NCBI GenBank assembly: GCA_044892525.1
Contig: CM097885.1
Span: 39,806,001-39,870,000 of the forward strand
Source: Schmidtea polychroa
Taxonomy: Eukaryota
Length of the DNA stretch: 64,000 bases
Reading direction: 5' to 3'
Within the stretch, counting starts at the first letter, position 1, and each line of letters begins with the position of its first letter. Shown here piece by piece: positions 13,020-26,057 of this stretch. The notes beneath the pieces were generated by a model, which did not search any database, was not told where the DNA came from, and saw only the letters and a program-made list of their open reading frames with translations. A program made the translations under genes and the position numbers.

Positions 13020-15950
13020 ACAATTATGCAATTACGTAATCCATATAACAGTTGCTGGCACGCCGTCGATGACGCAATATGTCTCTAATTGCATCTCTGC
13101 CTGAGTTCAACCTTGGACATAATCTTCCAACCACTCTGGAGATCATTGAGTTCGGTTAGATCTTTTCAATTCATTATTCTCGGTATTCGAAAATTCTAAT
13201 TCACAAAACAATGAAAATTCCCTTTCACTGGAGAAAGAACTTCCTATCCTCTTTTTCTTTGGTATTCAATTTGATGTTGGGCACATGTCACTTGATTTCA
13301 TCCACAACAACTGATGTTTCGGAATTCACACCAGTAACGTTCCCAAATCTCCATGGGGCGACATAATAAGCTTCTCCTGGTTTCACATATACTTGATCAA
13401 CTACTCGAACTTAGATATTAAAGGCTTTGTTGAGATTGGATTGGAAGGTTCAAATCAATATTGCAAAACATGTTGTGAACTCTCAAATATTTCATTTCTT
13501 GAAAGCCTATAGATATTTCGAAAGATCAATTTTATATGAAAAGTTTTTCACAGCCTTCTAAGCTTATTCAAATAGAACGTTCGACTGTTATCTAAGAGTA
13601 TCTCGGAAGGCTCTTCGTGCTTCAGAAATACGGATCAAAACTGGATACATACATCACTTTTGTTTTACGAATTAGGCTTCCGCTAGATCGAAAATCTACT
13701 TGGTCCACAATCGATAACGCCTAGGAATATAAATTCGCTTAAAGATATCGTGTCTAACACTAGCCTGTACCATACCTCTTTTACCTCAAGATACATTTGC
13801 AAGTTTGACATTGACTTACAATTTATTTCACTAGGGCTTTGAGATGGATAGATCTAATTTCCTGATTGAAAATACGGTTCGATTTATTCAAAAATGGTCA
13901 CACCTTCGCACTAATTCCATTTTATAATTTGTACTAAGTTATTTTTTGGCCGTGATAACCATACATTAGGAACTAACATTATTTAATTCCGAAGAACAGC
14001 TTGATCTTGTTTCCTAACTTCGTTTGATGAACCGTCTGCAACGGCTTACGTCATAAGATTTACTTCTCGATCCCATTCTTGGTCACCAGAAATATTTTAC
14101 TTTAGTGACTCTCTGCTGTAGGGTTTTAACTTGGATGTCTTGGTTCCAAATCAGCTGCCTTTGTTTATTAATGCATTTTTGACCAAGGACACGTACACCA
14201 TTGATTATCGCCGGATCTTTTGCTTTACAATCAAAACTGAAGCAAATGTGGAACTACAGATCTAACAGAAATTTAACTTGTACTTACAAATGTATTATTT
14301 AGATAGGCATAAGTGGCTTTATAAATGTTTGCATCCCATGATTGCACGTTATTATCTTGTGTGCAAAACCGAGTTTTGTAAGAGCAAATGTTCTACCTTT
14401 AAAGTGAACTACTTGAAAGGTTACAGAAATTTACCAATATGCCGATTTCAAATCATCAAAAGCGACATCTTCACCCCACCTTCTAGCAGGTATTTGCTTT
14501 TGCATTGTAATATAATCTCTCGATAATCCATTAACGGTATATACTGATGAATTGCAGTCATTAGGGGAAAATAGCCTTAATTTCGCCACAATAAGGTTGC
14601 ACACAGCCTTTCTCAGCCCAACTTTCCTTAAATTCACCTCCCGCGTTTGATGTAACTTTTTATTGAGATATCAATGTTCTCAAGTTTTTTGGGACGTTAT
14701 CAATCCATTTCCATTTTACGGTCCATGTTCCATCATCGAACCATATCAATTTATCCTTAATCTAGTTATGGAACTTTCGTATTCTATCTAATATCTTTAC
14801 CTGTGGTTCAGTTTCTTCAACAACTTGATGGCGTTCTACAACAGGTTTATCGGCAAAATAGAAACTCTTCTGTTGTAGAATAGATTCATCTACTAATCTC
14901 CTTGGTTCCTTGCATGGGCACATCTCCTAGAAGGTCATTTACATCCATACCTAATAATACATAACATCTTGAAACAACCTTCGGATAATCAAAATATTTT
15001 ATTTTATTTTTTTATCCATGACTTCAATTGATAAGAATCTTTCGCAACAACTTAACTCACTGCCTTTAAACAATAATACATCTCGATTGATCCCAAACTT
15101 GGTGTTCCCTTTCATCAGAGTTTGTGAGCACCCAATATCTAGAAATGCTTGCTTACATTTCCATCTATTTTAATTACTGGTGCGCGTATGTTTGCTTGGC
15201 CAAATTCGCTTGCGCAGATAGATCGACCAAATTGTTTCGATGGCCAGAATTTGTAACTTCTGAAGCGCAAGCATTGTGATCGTACGTAATTATCTTTTTC
15301 ATTCAGAATATTTAATGAGTGACTTGAATGAACATAAACATGATTAAATGAACATAATCCATAGGTCGTTAATAACGCCTTTGTTCTTTCAATAAACTAT
15401 GTTAAAAATTCGAAAGGGCATCGGAGCTAGAATAAGCGCAACCGTCTATCTGATTATTTTCTAGCAAATTCCATGGGTGTTTTTTGAATTTATCTAATTG
15501 AACTTCGAGATTTTCTCTGGATTTCCATCAAAGCTTTGATAGCTCAGTCACTACTACGGTGTTTTGTCGATTGTTTTTTTTTAGCGTTGAAAATGCAAGT
15601 TCCAGGGAGATTTTTTGGCCTAGATCTTCTTCCAACGAATAAATGTAAAATATGTGTTCCCAAATAACACTAGATGTAAAATCTCTAAATCTTCTTCATA
15701 CAGTCTAATGGCAACTCTTTTTGACGAAATATCTAATTTTAGCCATGTAATCTCCATTGTATTATCCTAGAAGATGAATTAGTTTGGGTGGTCGCATTTG
15801 ACCTTTGACCTCGACGAAACTTTACCTTTTTTTACTTTACAACGATTTTATGGATTTCTTCAATATTGGATCTTGTATTTGATAGACATGCACTTAATTT
15901 ATTTTCAACACATTCGAAAACGTAATACAACATCTTATAGTCTTCCTCTT
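13020..15950 (-). mobile_element. Highly decayed Ty3/Gypsy retrotransposon (second family)
   Basis: Minus strand: protease-like AFLDIGCSQTL (~15120-15150), RT-like FDDLKSAYW (~14435-14465), integrase C-terminus VYVKPGEAYYVAPWRFGNVTGVNSETSVVVD (~13300-13395), and PEWLEDYV end motif (~13115-13140) followed by a purine tract and TG. Boundaries approximate. Confidence 0.75.
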
Positions 15951-16148
15951 TCTTCCAAGAATTAATACCCAAAATGAATTCAGGAAGATTTTTAGGTTTT
16001 TTAGTCTCAGTGTACTTAATTACGAATATTGGTTAATATTTCTTTTCTGAAAAATTTCAGTTGATAATATCATGTAGGGATTCCACAAAAAGGTTTCGTT
16101 TCATAGTTATTGAATTCGGACGATATTTCTGGAAAATAATGAGAAATT

Positions 16149-17892
16149 CTTTCTTTCTAAGCTCATAAAATGTTTGAAAATCTACCATATAAAATTATTT
16201 ATATACATTAAGATATTGTTTATATGGGTCTGGTTTATTACAATATAACTAAAATAATTACTGAAGTAGTAAAAAACAAATTTTCTTGATATAGTTGTAA
16301 AAAGTACATTGTATACATGCAGTTTAGGATCAACCAGAAATTGTATGTATTTATCTGCAATAGCTCACATCACTCTTTCATATGCTTACAATATCCTGAT
16401 TAATGGCCGCTTATTAAAATGAAGCAAATAGAAATATTTAAAATTAATATTAATAAATTAAATATTAAATATATCAAATAATAATATCAAATACCATATA
16501 TTTAATAATTATGTCAAATAGTGTTTAATTTATCCAGATGTATTTTTTAGTTTTTGTTTGATAATAATTTATTTTATAATAAATTTTTTCATTTATAATA
16601 ATTTAAAATTTTCACAATTATATATATTTAAGATTAGTCCAACCAATCAAACAAAAATAAATAGAGAAAAAAGAATATATATAAATTATTCGAATAATAA
16701 CTTCAACTGCATTTTAATTTCATGTTATCCTTTCTTTCTAAGCTCATAAAATGTTTGAAAATCTACCATATAAAATTATTTATATACATTAAGATATTGT
16801 TTATATGGGTCTGGTTTATTACAATATAACTAAAATAATTACTGAAGTAGTAAAAAACAAATTTTCTTGATATAGTTGTAAAAAGTACATTGTATACATG
16901 CAGTTTAGGATCAACCAGAAATTGTATGTATTTATCTGCAATAGCTCACATCACTCTTTCATATGCTTACAATATCCTGATTAATGGCCGCTTATTAAAA
17001 TGAAGCAAATAGAAATATTTAAAATTAATATTAATAAATTAAATATTAAATATATCAAATAATAATATCAAATACCATATATTTAATAATTATGTCAAAT
17101 AGTGTTTAATTTATCCAGATGTATTTTTTAGTTTTTGTTTGATAATAATTTATTTTATAATAAATTTTTTCATTTATAATAATTTAAAATTTTCACAATT
17201 ATATATATTTAAGATTAGTCCAACCAATCAAACAAAAATAAATAGAGAAAAAAGAATATATATAAATTATTCGAATAATAACTTCAACTGCATTTTAATT
17301 TCATGTTATCCTTTCTTTCTAAGCTCATAAAATGTTTGAAAATCTACCATATAAAATTATTTATATACATTAAGATATTGTTTATATGGGTCTGGTTTAT
17401 TACAATATAACTAAAATAATTACTGAAGTAGTAAAAAACAAATTTTCTTGATATAGTTGTAAAAAGTACATTGTATACATGCAGTTTAGGATCAACCAGA
17501 AATTGTATGTATTTATCTGCAATAGCTCACATCACTCTTTCATATGCTTACAATATCCTGATTAATGGCCGCTTATTAAAATGAAGCAAATAGAAATATT
17601 TAAAATTAATATTAATAAATTAAATATTAAATATATCAAATAATAATATCAAATACCATATATTTAATAATTATGTCAAATAGTGTTTAATTTATCCAGA
17701 TGTATTTTTTAGTTTTTGTTTGATAATAATTTATTTTATAATAAATTTTTTCATTTATAATAATTTAAAATTTTCACAATTATATATATTTAAGATTAGT
17801 CCAACCAATCAAACAAAAATAAATAGAGAAAAAAGAATATATATAAATTATTCGAATAATAACTTCAACTGCATTTTAATTTCATGTTATCC
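16149..17892. repeat. Tandem repeat, 3 x 581 bp, apparently identical copies
   Basis: Unit starts ctttctttctaagctcataaaatg at 16149, 16730 and 17311. The ORF track shows identical ORFs 581 bp apart. Confidence 0.97.
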
Positions 17893-18741
17893 AAGTTAAG
17901 CTATCAGAAAAGTTTTGATAAAAGTACGCCTAAAAGACTCCCAATGCCCTTTATTTTTTATAACTTAAATTTTAATATATTCAAACATTAATTTTATTTT
18001 TAAAAAAATAAAAAGAAAAGTTTATGGAAACATCAAAACAAAGAATATAAAAGTTTCGATTAAAATCATTTTTAAAAATTAAGTTTTCTTATAAAATAAA
18101 TAGTTAAAATTTCAAAAATATGTATTTTAGGATTTTTTTAAAATTATCTTTTTCGATTGCTTAAAATCCTTGAAAATTTTAAATATCGCTTGCAATGAAA
18201 AATATAATGAGTAATATTTTATTAATCAAGATTCATAAAATATTTCACCAGATCAGCTACTGATAACGATAAAATTCAAATATTACGCAATTTGGGCCAC
18301 GGATGCTTGCTCTGGTATCAATGACGCAATTAACACTATGACATCCTAAAAATAAATTTCCTAATTCGAAATATTGCAATTAGTCAAATTCAATAAATAT
18401 TCTTACAAAATATTTCAACAAGACTTGAAAACAATAATTATTAAATATTTTGTTTGTCTGTTGATTTTAAATTTATATCTTAAAAGGATGATTTATATTA
18501 ATTAGTCTCAATTCAAACAAATTTCTTTGATTGAAATAATAGTTTTACTAAAATATTTTTTATTTCTATTCATAAATAAATAAATTCTTTTGATCTTTAA
18601 AAAAAATTCTGTAAATTACATTTTTCTTTTTCTCCTAGTTTTGTAGAAAATATTTTCTACAATGATAATCAAGAAACAATATTTCACTGATTTCGTAAGG
18701 GCAATTACAAAATCAAATGAAAACTTCCCACTGAATTGATT

Positions 18742-18742
<1 letters not shown>

Positions 18743-18810
<68 letters not shown>
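18743..18810. repeat. (AAT)n microsatellite
   Basis: Direct reading. Confidence 0.98.
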
Positions 18811-19590
18811 TTCAATTTAATGTTTTAAATAAATTATTTTTGGTAGATGTGGTAATTCCGTTATAAATAATTTTGAAAAATGTGGTTGAATTGGGTTTAA
18901 TTTTTTAAAAATACTTATCAAAAAAGCTATTTTAATGACTCTAGATAATTTTATTAATCTTTTGATCTTCTTCTTCAATAAGTTTCATACTTTTCAACTG
19001 TTTGTGATAGGTTAAATGTGTCAAATGCTAAGGAGTGAATCTAAGAAATGACTAACACAATTTTCCAAGACCTGGTTCGTGAGGTACTGGCACAAACTAG
19101 TTAAATAAACCTTAAAGATATCGTAATTGCAATAAAAACATTTAAAATAACACAACGCACCCCCCCCCCCCCCGAAAATTTGCCAACAGTCCGAATCTGT
19201 GCGTTGAGAAAACAGAAATACAAAAAGGAAAACTTATCAAATCAAATTGAAGTATTTATCAAATCAAAAAAATATAATTTTTCTAAAAAATCATTTTGAA
19301 ATATTTCAATCAAAATAATAGGATAATAAAAAATTTCAAATAAAACTTTTGGTTTCCTTTTTAAATATTTCAATCTTTATTTCGGTAAGGAAAATGAAAG
19401 AAAATTTCGTTTTTTTGCCAAAAATAGTTTTTGATTATAAAAATGAAATTGGCAAATCGTTCATTCTTAGTTTTAGAAGTTATTTTTAATATAGTAAAAT
19501 AGTATTTATTAATAAATTATCAGAAAAATTATAGCTATTATAGATTTCTGTGAATTTAGAAATTTAACTATAGGATTAAGTGGTCATTAA

Positions 19591-20652
19591 AGATCTAGGG
19601 AATTAATACAAAATAAGAAGAAATATTTCTATCTGAATATCCTATTCATCAGTGACATACTCGACTTCAAGATCCTGAAAGAACTTAAACGTACCGGTCT
19701 TCCAATTCGGATAGCACATAAATCTTGAACATTGAGAATGGCTCTGGCAGGCAACATAAATGGAGAAAACAATAACACAATGAAAAACTGCCAGACACCG
19801 AAAGATATGTGCTTTAGAAAAAACACCGTCTATTGCATCACGTGCAATGTATGCAATGGAATCTATATTGGAAGTACACTCAGGACCTTGTACCAAAGAG
19901 TTAAAGAACATCTAAATCTTCGTGGAACATCCTCGATAAACAGACATCTCCAACAATGTCAACCAACAGAGGAAAGAAAAAATATTTCACTCAAAATCAT
20001 AGCTAATGGAAACATCCAAAAGAAAAATGTCAGAATCAAAGTAACAATTCTCATCATAAACAGACAGCCAAAAATCAACACTAAAGAAGAAATCAATGAA
20101 ATCATGAATTTGATCTGTTGTCATTGACCTGGAGAATATCTGACAATATATAAAAAATATAATAAATTAAAAAGCAATAATTAAAATAATATAGAAAATT
20201 TTAGGAAATATACTTTCAAAAGATAGGATTTAAAAATCAAAATTGACACATTTATTGAAATATTTAAGTAACGTATATAAATAGTTATTGGAGGCTTTAT
20301 TTTAAAATATTTTGAAATATTTTATTAGGCTTCTAGGAGCTAATTATGGAAAATTTTAAAAAATTTTAGTTTCATTTTTAGTTTCATTTTGGAATTTTAA
20401 ATGGTATTTATTTTATTTTTAATTTTAATTTTCAATAAAATTTTAAATATTTTTAATAAAAAAAAATAAAAAAATTCATAAAAAGAAAGTATATATTATA
20501 TTTAGAAACAATGAGAATTAAGAAAAAGGAAATAAATGAAAGATAGAAATGTATTTTCGGGAAGATTGACAAGGACTATCTTAAAGTCGAAATTTTTTTC
20601 ATTAAATACATTATTTGCAGCAAAAGGCTTAAATTATCACTTTATTGTTTTA
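19591..20652 (+). mobile_element. Penelope-like retroelement 3' portion: RT C-terminus/linker + GIY-YIG endonuclease + 3' terminal region
   Basis: One frame 19591-20127 reads KYFYLNILFISDILDFKILKELKRTGLPIRIAHKS*TLRMAL...CFRKNTVYCITCNVCNGIYIGSTLRTLYQRVKEH...SSINRHLQQC...QPKIN. VYxIxCxxC..YIG.T.R.L..R..EH is the PLE GIY-YIG signature. One in-frame TGA at 19726. Ends at (AAT)n. Confidence 0.9.
20561..20604 (+). ncRNA. Degenerate minimal hammerhead ribozyme motif in PLE terminal repeat
   Basis: tTGACaAg-GACTAT-ctt-AaAGTC-GAAA. Sister copies have a perfect stem GACTAT/ATAGTC before GAAA. The core differs from CUGANGA at two positions, so it is probably inactive. Confidence 0.55.
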
Positions 20653-20736
<84 letters not shown>

Positions 20737-20742
20737 TATTAA

Positions 20743-20790
<48 letters not shown>
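20652..20790. repeat. (AAT)n followed by inverted (TAT)n microsatellite
   Basis: AAT run to ~20735, then a TAT run to 20790. Confidence 0.97.
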
Positions 20791-20794
<4 letters not shown>

Positions 20795-21194
20795 TTATAA
20801 TTTTAAAAACTATAACTAGAATATAATTTCGAAATGTGAAAATCTCAAACAGAATATTTATAAATATTTTTGAAGAGAAAATCAACGAAGAAAATACTTG
20901 CAGATTTATTTTAAAATTTGAGAACAATTTTCATAATAATAATTGGGAATTATCAAATTATTGAATTAGAGCGTATTTTTAAATTTAAATAATTTTTAAA
21001 ATTATTGACTCAATTAAAAAATGTTTCACAATATGGAATGCTTGTTTTAATAAAACTGAATAAAAAAACTCATTAATTTTTTGATTTTTTATGAAATTTT
21101 ATTTAGTTTTATTGAAAACCAAAATCTAAATACAATAGAAATTATTAATTACTAGCTATAACCTGTCAAAAATAATGGAATCATGTTATTATTA

Positions 21195-23347
21195 TATAGT
21201 ATATAACAGTTAAAAAAGAATTAATGGTTCAAATTTGACAAATTATGCATCATTAGATAGAAGAAAGTCGATTTTCAGATAACATTAAAATAAAAATGTC
21301 ATGTTGTCGATCAAAATTAAAATTTATAATAAAATGTGCCATTTGGTGATTTTAGTAATCGTTATTCCATACTCACTCATTCACGTACATACATAGAAAA
21401 TTATGTATTTAGATTATTATTATAGTGGTAATCTGTATGATGGTAGAAGAATTTGTTATAATAAAAAGAAAATAAATCGTTTAATAAATCGTTTATAATT
21501 TTTTCAAAATCACCTATAAATGAAAAGCAAAAGAAAAAGTATTAGTATTGAAAAAAAGCTAAATATCGTTCACGAAGTCGAAAATAACACTAAAAAATGA
21601 AGTAGCAAGAAAATATAGAATCAATTCTAGTGCAGTTACATCAATATTGAAGAATAAATAAAAAAATCATCTCTTTACAAGTTAAACACAACAACAGAAG
21701 ATCAAAAATAAGATTCTTGTGCTATAAGAACGCAGAAGATGCATTTGGTTCAATGAAAAGAGAAATCAAAGTATTCCAATATCATCAGAACTAATATCAA
21801 TGCAAGCCTAGAATATGGTAGTTGCAATGGGCATCAATGATTTCAGGTGTAATCCTAGCTGGTTTCAAAGATTTCGGTGACGTTATAACATAGTCCTTGG
21901 TGTAGTTTATGGTGAATTTGCACATGCCGATACAACTTCTGCTCGTAATTGGTTGGAAAATATGTGGCCAATGTGTAGTACAGGTTATAAAGCAAAGGAC
22001 ATTTTTAACGGGGCTTTTTATAAAATGTTGCCAAAATAAAACATTAAAATTTAAGGGAGAGAAGAGTTTCGGGGGAAAATTATTGAAAGAGAGACTGACA
22101 TTTTTTTAATCCACTAGGTGAAAAGAAAGAATTTGTGATGATTGAAAAAGCTAAAAATCCAAGATGTTTCAAAAATGTGCACTGTTTAACAATTAAATAT
22201 TTTAGCAATAAGAAATCTTGGATGACATCGGAAATCTGGAATCGTGTTCTTATATCTTGGGATTTTGAGCTGCTTAGTAAGAACAGGAAAATTCTATTAC
22301 TTGCAGATACTTGTTCCGCTCACCCTGATATTCAAAATAAACTAACCAACATTAAATTAGTCTACCTACCGCCAAATTTAACTAGTATTCTACAACCAAT
22401 GGACCAAGGGATGATAAGGAACTTAATGATTTTTTATAGGAAATCCGTGGTGTGCAAACTAATCGATAAAGGAGAGTTCAAAATAACTACCATGGATGCA
22501 AATTTTAATATTAACAGGGCTTGGAAATCATTACCCGTGAATATATTTAGAAGTTATTTTTATAAAGCTGGAATTGTAATATATATATTTTCACGCGCAA
22601 TATTGTGTATAGAGAATTTTTGTAATAAATAAATCATTCTTATGAACTGAAAATTATTTACTCATTCTTTTTACTGAACTTATTCACATACCAACTTTTG
22701 GTTTTCGAACACTGATTCGAACGCATGCAATAAGACTCACGTGAAAGACTTGTGATTTTGAAAAAATTGGTGCCGTAAGCTCCCGGAAAAGCCTAATAGA
22801 CAATATTGTTGATGTTGCAAATGAGAATGAGATGTCACAATCTCAGGAAATTGATCCCCAACTTGTCGATTTCTTTGATATAGATAATGATTTATCTTGC
22901 CACGGAACATTAAATGATGATGAAATTACCGAGTTTGCATTTCAGAGGGAAGAAGTTGAATATTTTAATGATTTGGAACGGGAGGAAGAAAAAGTAGTGA
23001 ATAAACATGAAATTCCCGTGTTTTTGCAGAATATTGAACGATATTTAATTGTTAATGATGCTTAAGGTTTACGCATTGTTGATTCTTTAGACGTCCTTAA
23101 AAATATTTTGAAAGAAAATTTTTCAATTCAAAGTCGGTTCAGAAAAAAATAACAGATTATCTTAAATAAGATTAAATGGTTAATAATATTTTTGTGTTTT
23201 TATAGACCAAGTAAATGTCTGCTTCCGATTACTATTATGTAACATTGAATTTAATTATTTGTGTTGTTATTTCATATTTATGTTAAATCGGTTATAATAA
23301 ATGATTTTTTTGGTCCCTTGAAATTTCAATATAGCCGGTTTCTACTG
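21195..23347 (+). mobile_element. Tigger/pogo-type DNA transposon, degenerate
   Basis: ATG at 21520 reads MKSKRKSISIEKKLNIVHEVEN (CENP-B-like HTH). DDE_1 motifs SNKKSWMT, ILLLADTCSAH and LPPNLTSILQPMDQG (22135-22574), acidic tail 22793-23065. Right terminus atagccggtttctactg followed by TA. Left end uncertain. Confidence 0.9.
22575..22791 (+). mobile_element. LTR + PBS-like fragment inserted in the Tigger transposase
   Basis: Starts TGTAATA, contains AATAAA, and has PBS-like TGGTGCCGTAAGCTCCCGG at 22768. Removing it restores the frame KAGI-LIDNIVDVANENEMSQ. Confidence 0.55.
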
Positions 23348-23651
23348 TATTATTATTGTTATTATGCTTTTGATTTTGATTTTAAAGTCCAAAAATTTTG
23401 GATGTGATCCACAGATGTAAAATTATAGAGAAAGCTGGCCAAGACTATATAGGATGATTGAAAAGCATTTCCATAGTAATAATAAATAATATGATTTTGT
23501 GGGAATTTTTTAAATTTAATTTTTTAATATTTTTCTATGAATAATGTCTAATAATTATTTTTTATCTAAAAAATTATCAATTAATAAAAAATTTGGCTGC
23601 TCTGGTGTAGCAAAATATTTATAAATATTTTAATATAAAAATATATATTAC

Positions 23652-24115
23652 TGTTGAGGTTGTAAAAGTAAATTATTAAATTATGTCAAATTGCATAGTT
23701 TCGAATAAAAAGAAAACCGAAATTGAACGAAAAAGAATGGCGGCCAAGCAGAGAAGAAATGGCAAAGAAAGACATGACAAAAACATAACTATAAAAGGGT
23801 ATAATCAGACACGAAATTGAAAAATGCGCAAATCTGAGGAAGAAGAATAAAGTGAAATATTATCGAAATTGAAGCTGGAAAGAGGGAGAGGTGTAGATTA
23901 AGTAATGGTGAAGAAGACAGTGAGCAAGAAATTGTTAGAAAATGTGTAGAAAAACAGGTAAATATGGAAAAACACAAACTATTAATTAATTAATAGGTTA
24001 ATGGAAAACCCGAGCTAATGGGAAGTCCGAGCGATGAAAAAACCCGAGCGCGACAATTTGGCAGAATAAACAAACTGGGAATTTAGAGGACAATTAATTA
24101 AACTGTCTGGTAAAC
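23652..24115 (+). mobile_element. 5' part of LTR, same family as 3009-4528
   Basis: Colinear similarity to 3009-~3465 from the terminal TGTTGAGGTT, including the aacccgagc repeats. Confidence 0.8.
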
Positions 24116-24119
24116 GATA

Positions 24120-24945
24120 ATTGAACTTAATTGAATTACGATATGTTAGCAAACACTTAAAAAAGGCTATGTCGAAAATTCGTATTAAATATAAATATTG
24201 ATATCATTATAAATGAAGACGTTTTCTTCTTAATGTTCACAAAAATTTAGAAAAATATGCGGAATAATAGATCATTGCAGCAGATATGTATCGTAAATAG
24301 CAATAAACAGACAAGACAAAAAAACAACTGAAGAATTTTGCTAAATAAATGAATATTAAAATTTGGCGCGCCAAATGAATTGCATGTCGACTGTTGGAAA
24401 GAATATCGGATTAAAAAGTATTAAAGAACTAATAAAAACAACTGGCATCGCATTTATATTTTGAAGTCTGTATCATTACAATTTAAATGGGATAATAGAG
24501 ATAATTCAGGACAATTAGAGAATACATTAATGTATCACTGAAAAATAATAATAGGAAAAACTGGACAGATGTATTACCAGATGTCGAATATATTTTAAAC
24601 GCAACGAAACAAAAATCTATTTGAATGAGTCGAAACAAAGTGATATTTGTGAGAAATATCAAGAAATCAAAATGGTATAGTAAAAATAAAATTAAAAGTG
24701 AACAGCCTTATAAAAAAACAAAGAAATAGAGAAGATGAAAAAGAAATAACGATAAGTTGGAACTTTGAACACGGCAATAAATTACTAATTAAATAAGAAA
24801 CAAGAAATCTGAATCAAGACAGATACGAAGACCCACATAAAGTCTAAAGAAAATACATGGAAAAAACTGTCTAAAATATGACAATAGGGAAACTTTGGTC
24901 AAATATACTTATAAGATGAAACATTTTTAAAAGATGGGTGTAAGC
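24120..24945 (+). mobile_element. Gypsy integrase remnant
   Basis: Broken frames reading LYHYNLNGIIE..FRTIREYIN, NWTDVLPDVEYILNATKQKSI and RYEDPHKV (GPY/F-like), ending in a purine tract plus TGTAAG near 24938. Confidence 0.7.
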
Positions 24946-25309
24946 AATAATTTTTAAAAAACTATTAAAATTTATTTTTGTAGAATTCAAAATTATATTT
25001 AAGAATTTTAAAAATGTTTTTAAAACTTTTTTAAGCTGGAAAGCGTATAAACTAAATGAAAAATTTAATATAATTTTTTTAAATTGTTGGAACATTTTTA
25101 AATAAAAAGTATTGAAAATCTTCTGGAGGAACTATTAAAAACTATAAAATTATAATGGTATGAAATTTTAATTGAGTGTTTGTATGAAAGTGTTACTTGC
25201 ATTATTTAAAAAACATGTTTCATGGAAATTTGAATAAATAATAATAAGTTTATTTTTATATTTTTATATAATAACATGTAGTCAGATGACTTAAATATAA
25301 TAACAACTA

Positions 25310-25480
<171 letters not shown>

Positions 25481-25937
25481 TTCAACGATTTATTTCTTTA
25501 TCAATTAATATATTTACAATTGCTGAATGACTAACGATAGCAATATAAAATTAACCATAAAACTACAGAAAAATAATTAACAAACAGGAAATTGATTCTA
25601 TTAAAATTAATGTTGAATTAGCATGACGTCGGTTTTTATCGTATAATTAGAATTTTATATTCTAAAATCTAATTTTAAGTTAAAAAATTGATGAAATCGG
25701 TAGTGACTTACATTGTAAAATTAAAAGAAAAATTCAATTAATTTGTTTAAAGTAATTGTGTTCAAAAACTTAGATGTCATCGGTGCAGGATTCACCTAGG
25801 GATTAATTGGAATGATCGGTTGATTGACTTTGTCACTATCGATTTTTGTGCTTTCACACTATTGACATGCAACTTATCATTCCATAAAAGTTTTATTTTT
25901 ATTTGTAGTTCATTAAATGTAATTGTATGGCTGGTTT

Positions 25938-26057
<120 letters not shown>

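Noticed and set aside
16149..17892. Tandem array as CRISPR or repeated small gene (63-aa ORFs at 16558 and 17139)
   Set aside because: There are no unique spacers, the context is eukaryotic, and the ORFs are TTG-started, AT-biased and lack any motif.
19726..19728. In-frame TGA in the PLE ORF as possible selenocysteine or readthrough
   Set aside because: It is not at an evident conserved Cys position, no SECIS was recognised, and the copy is truncated with other signs of decay. A nonsense mutation is simpler.
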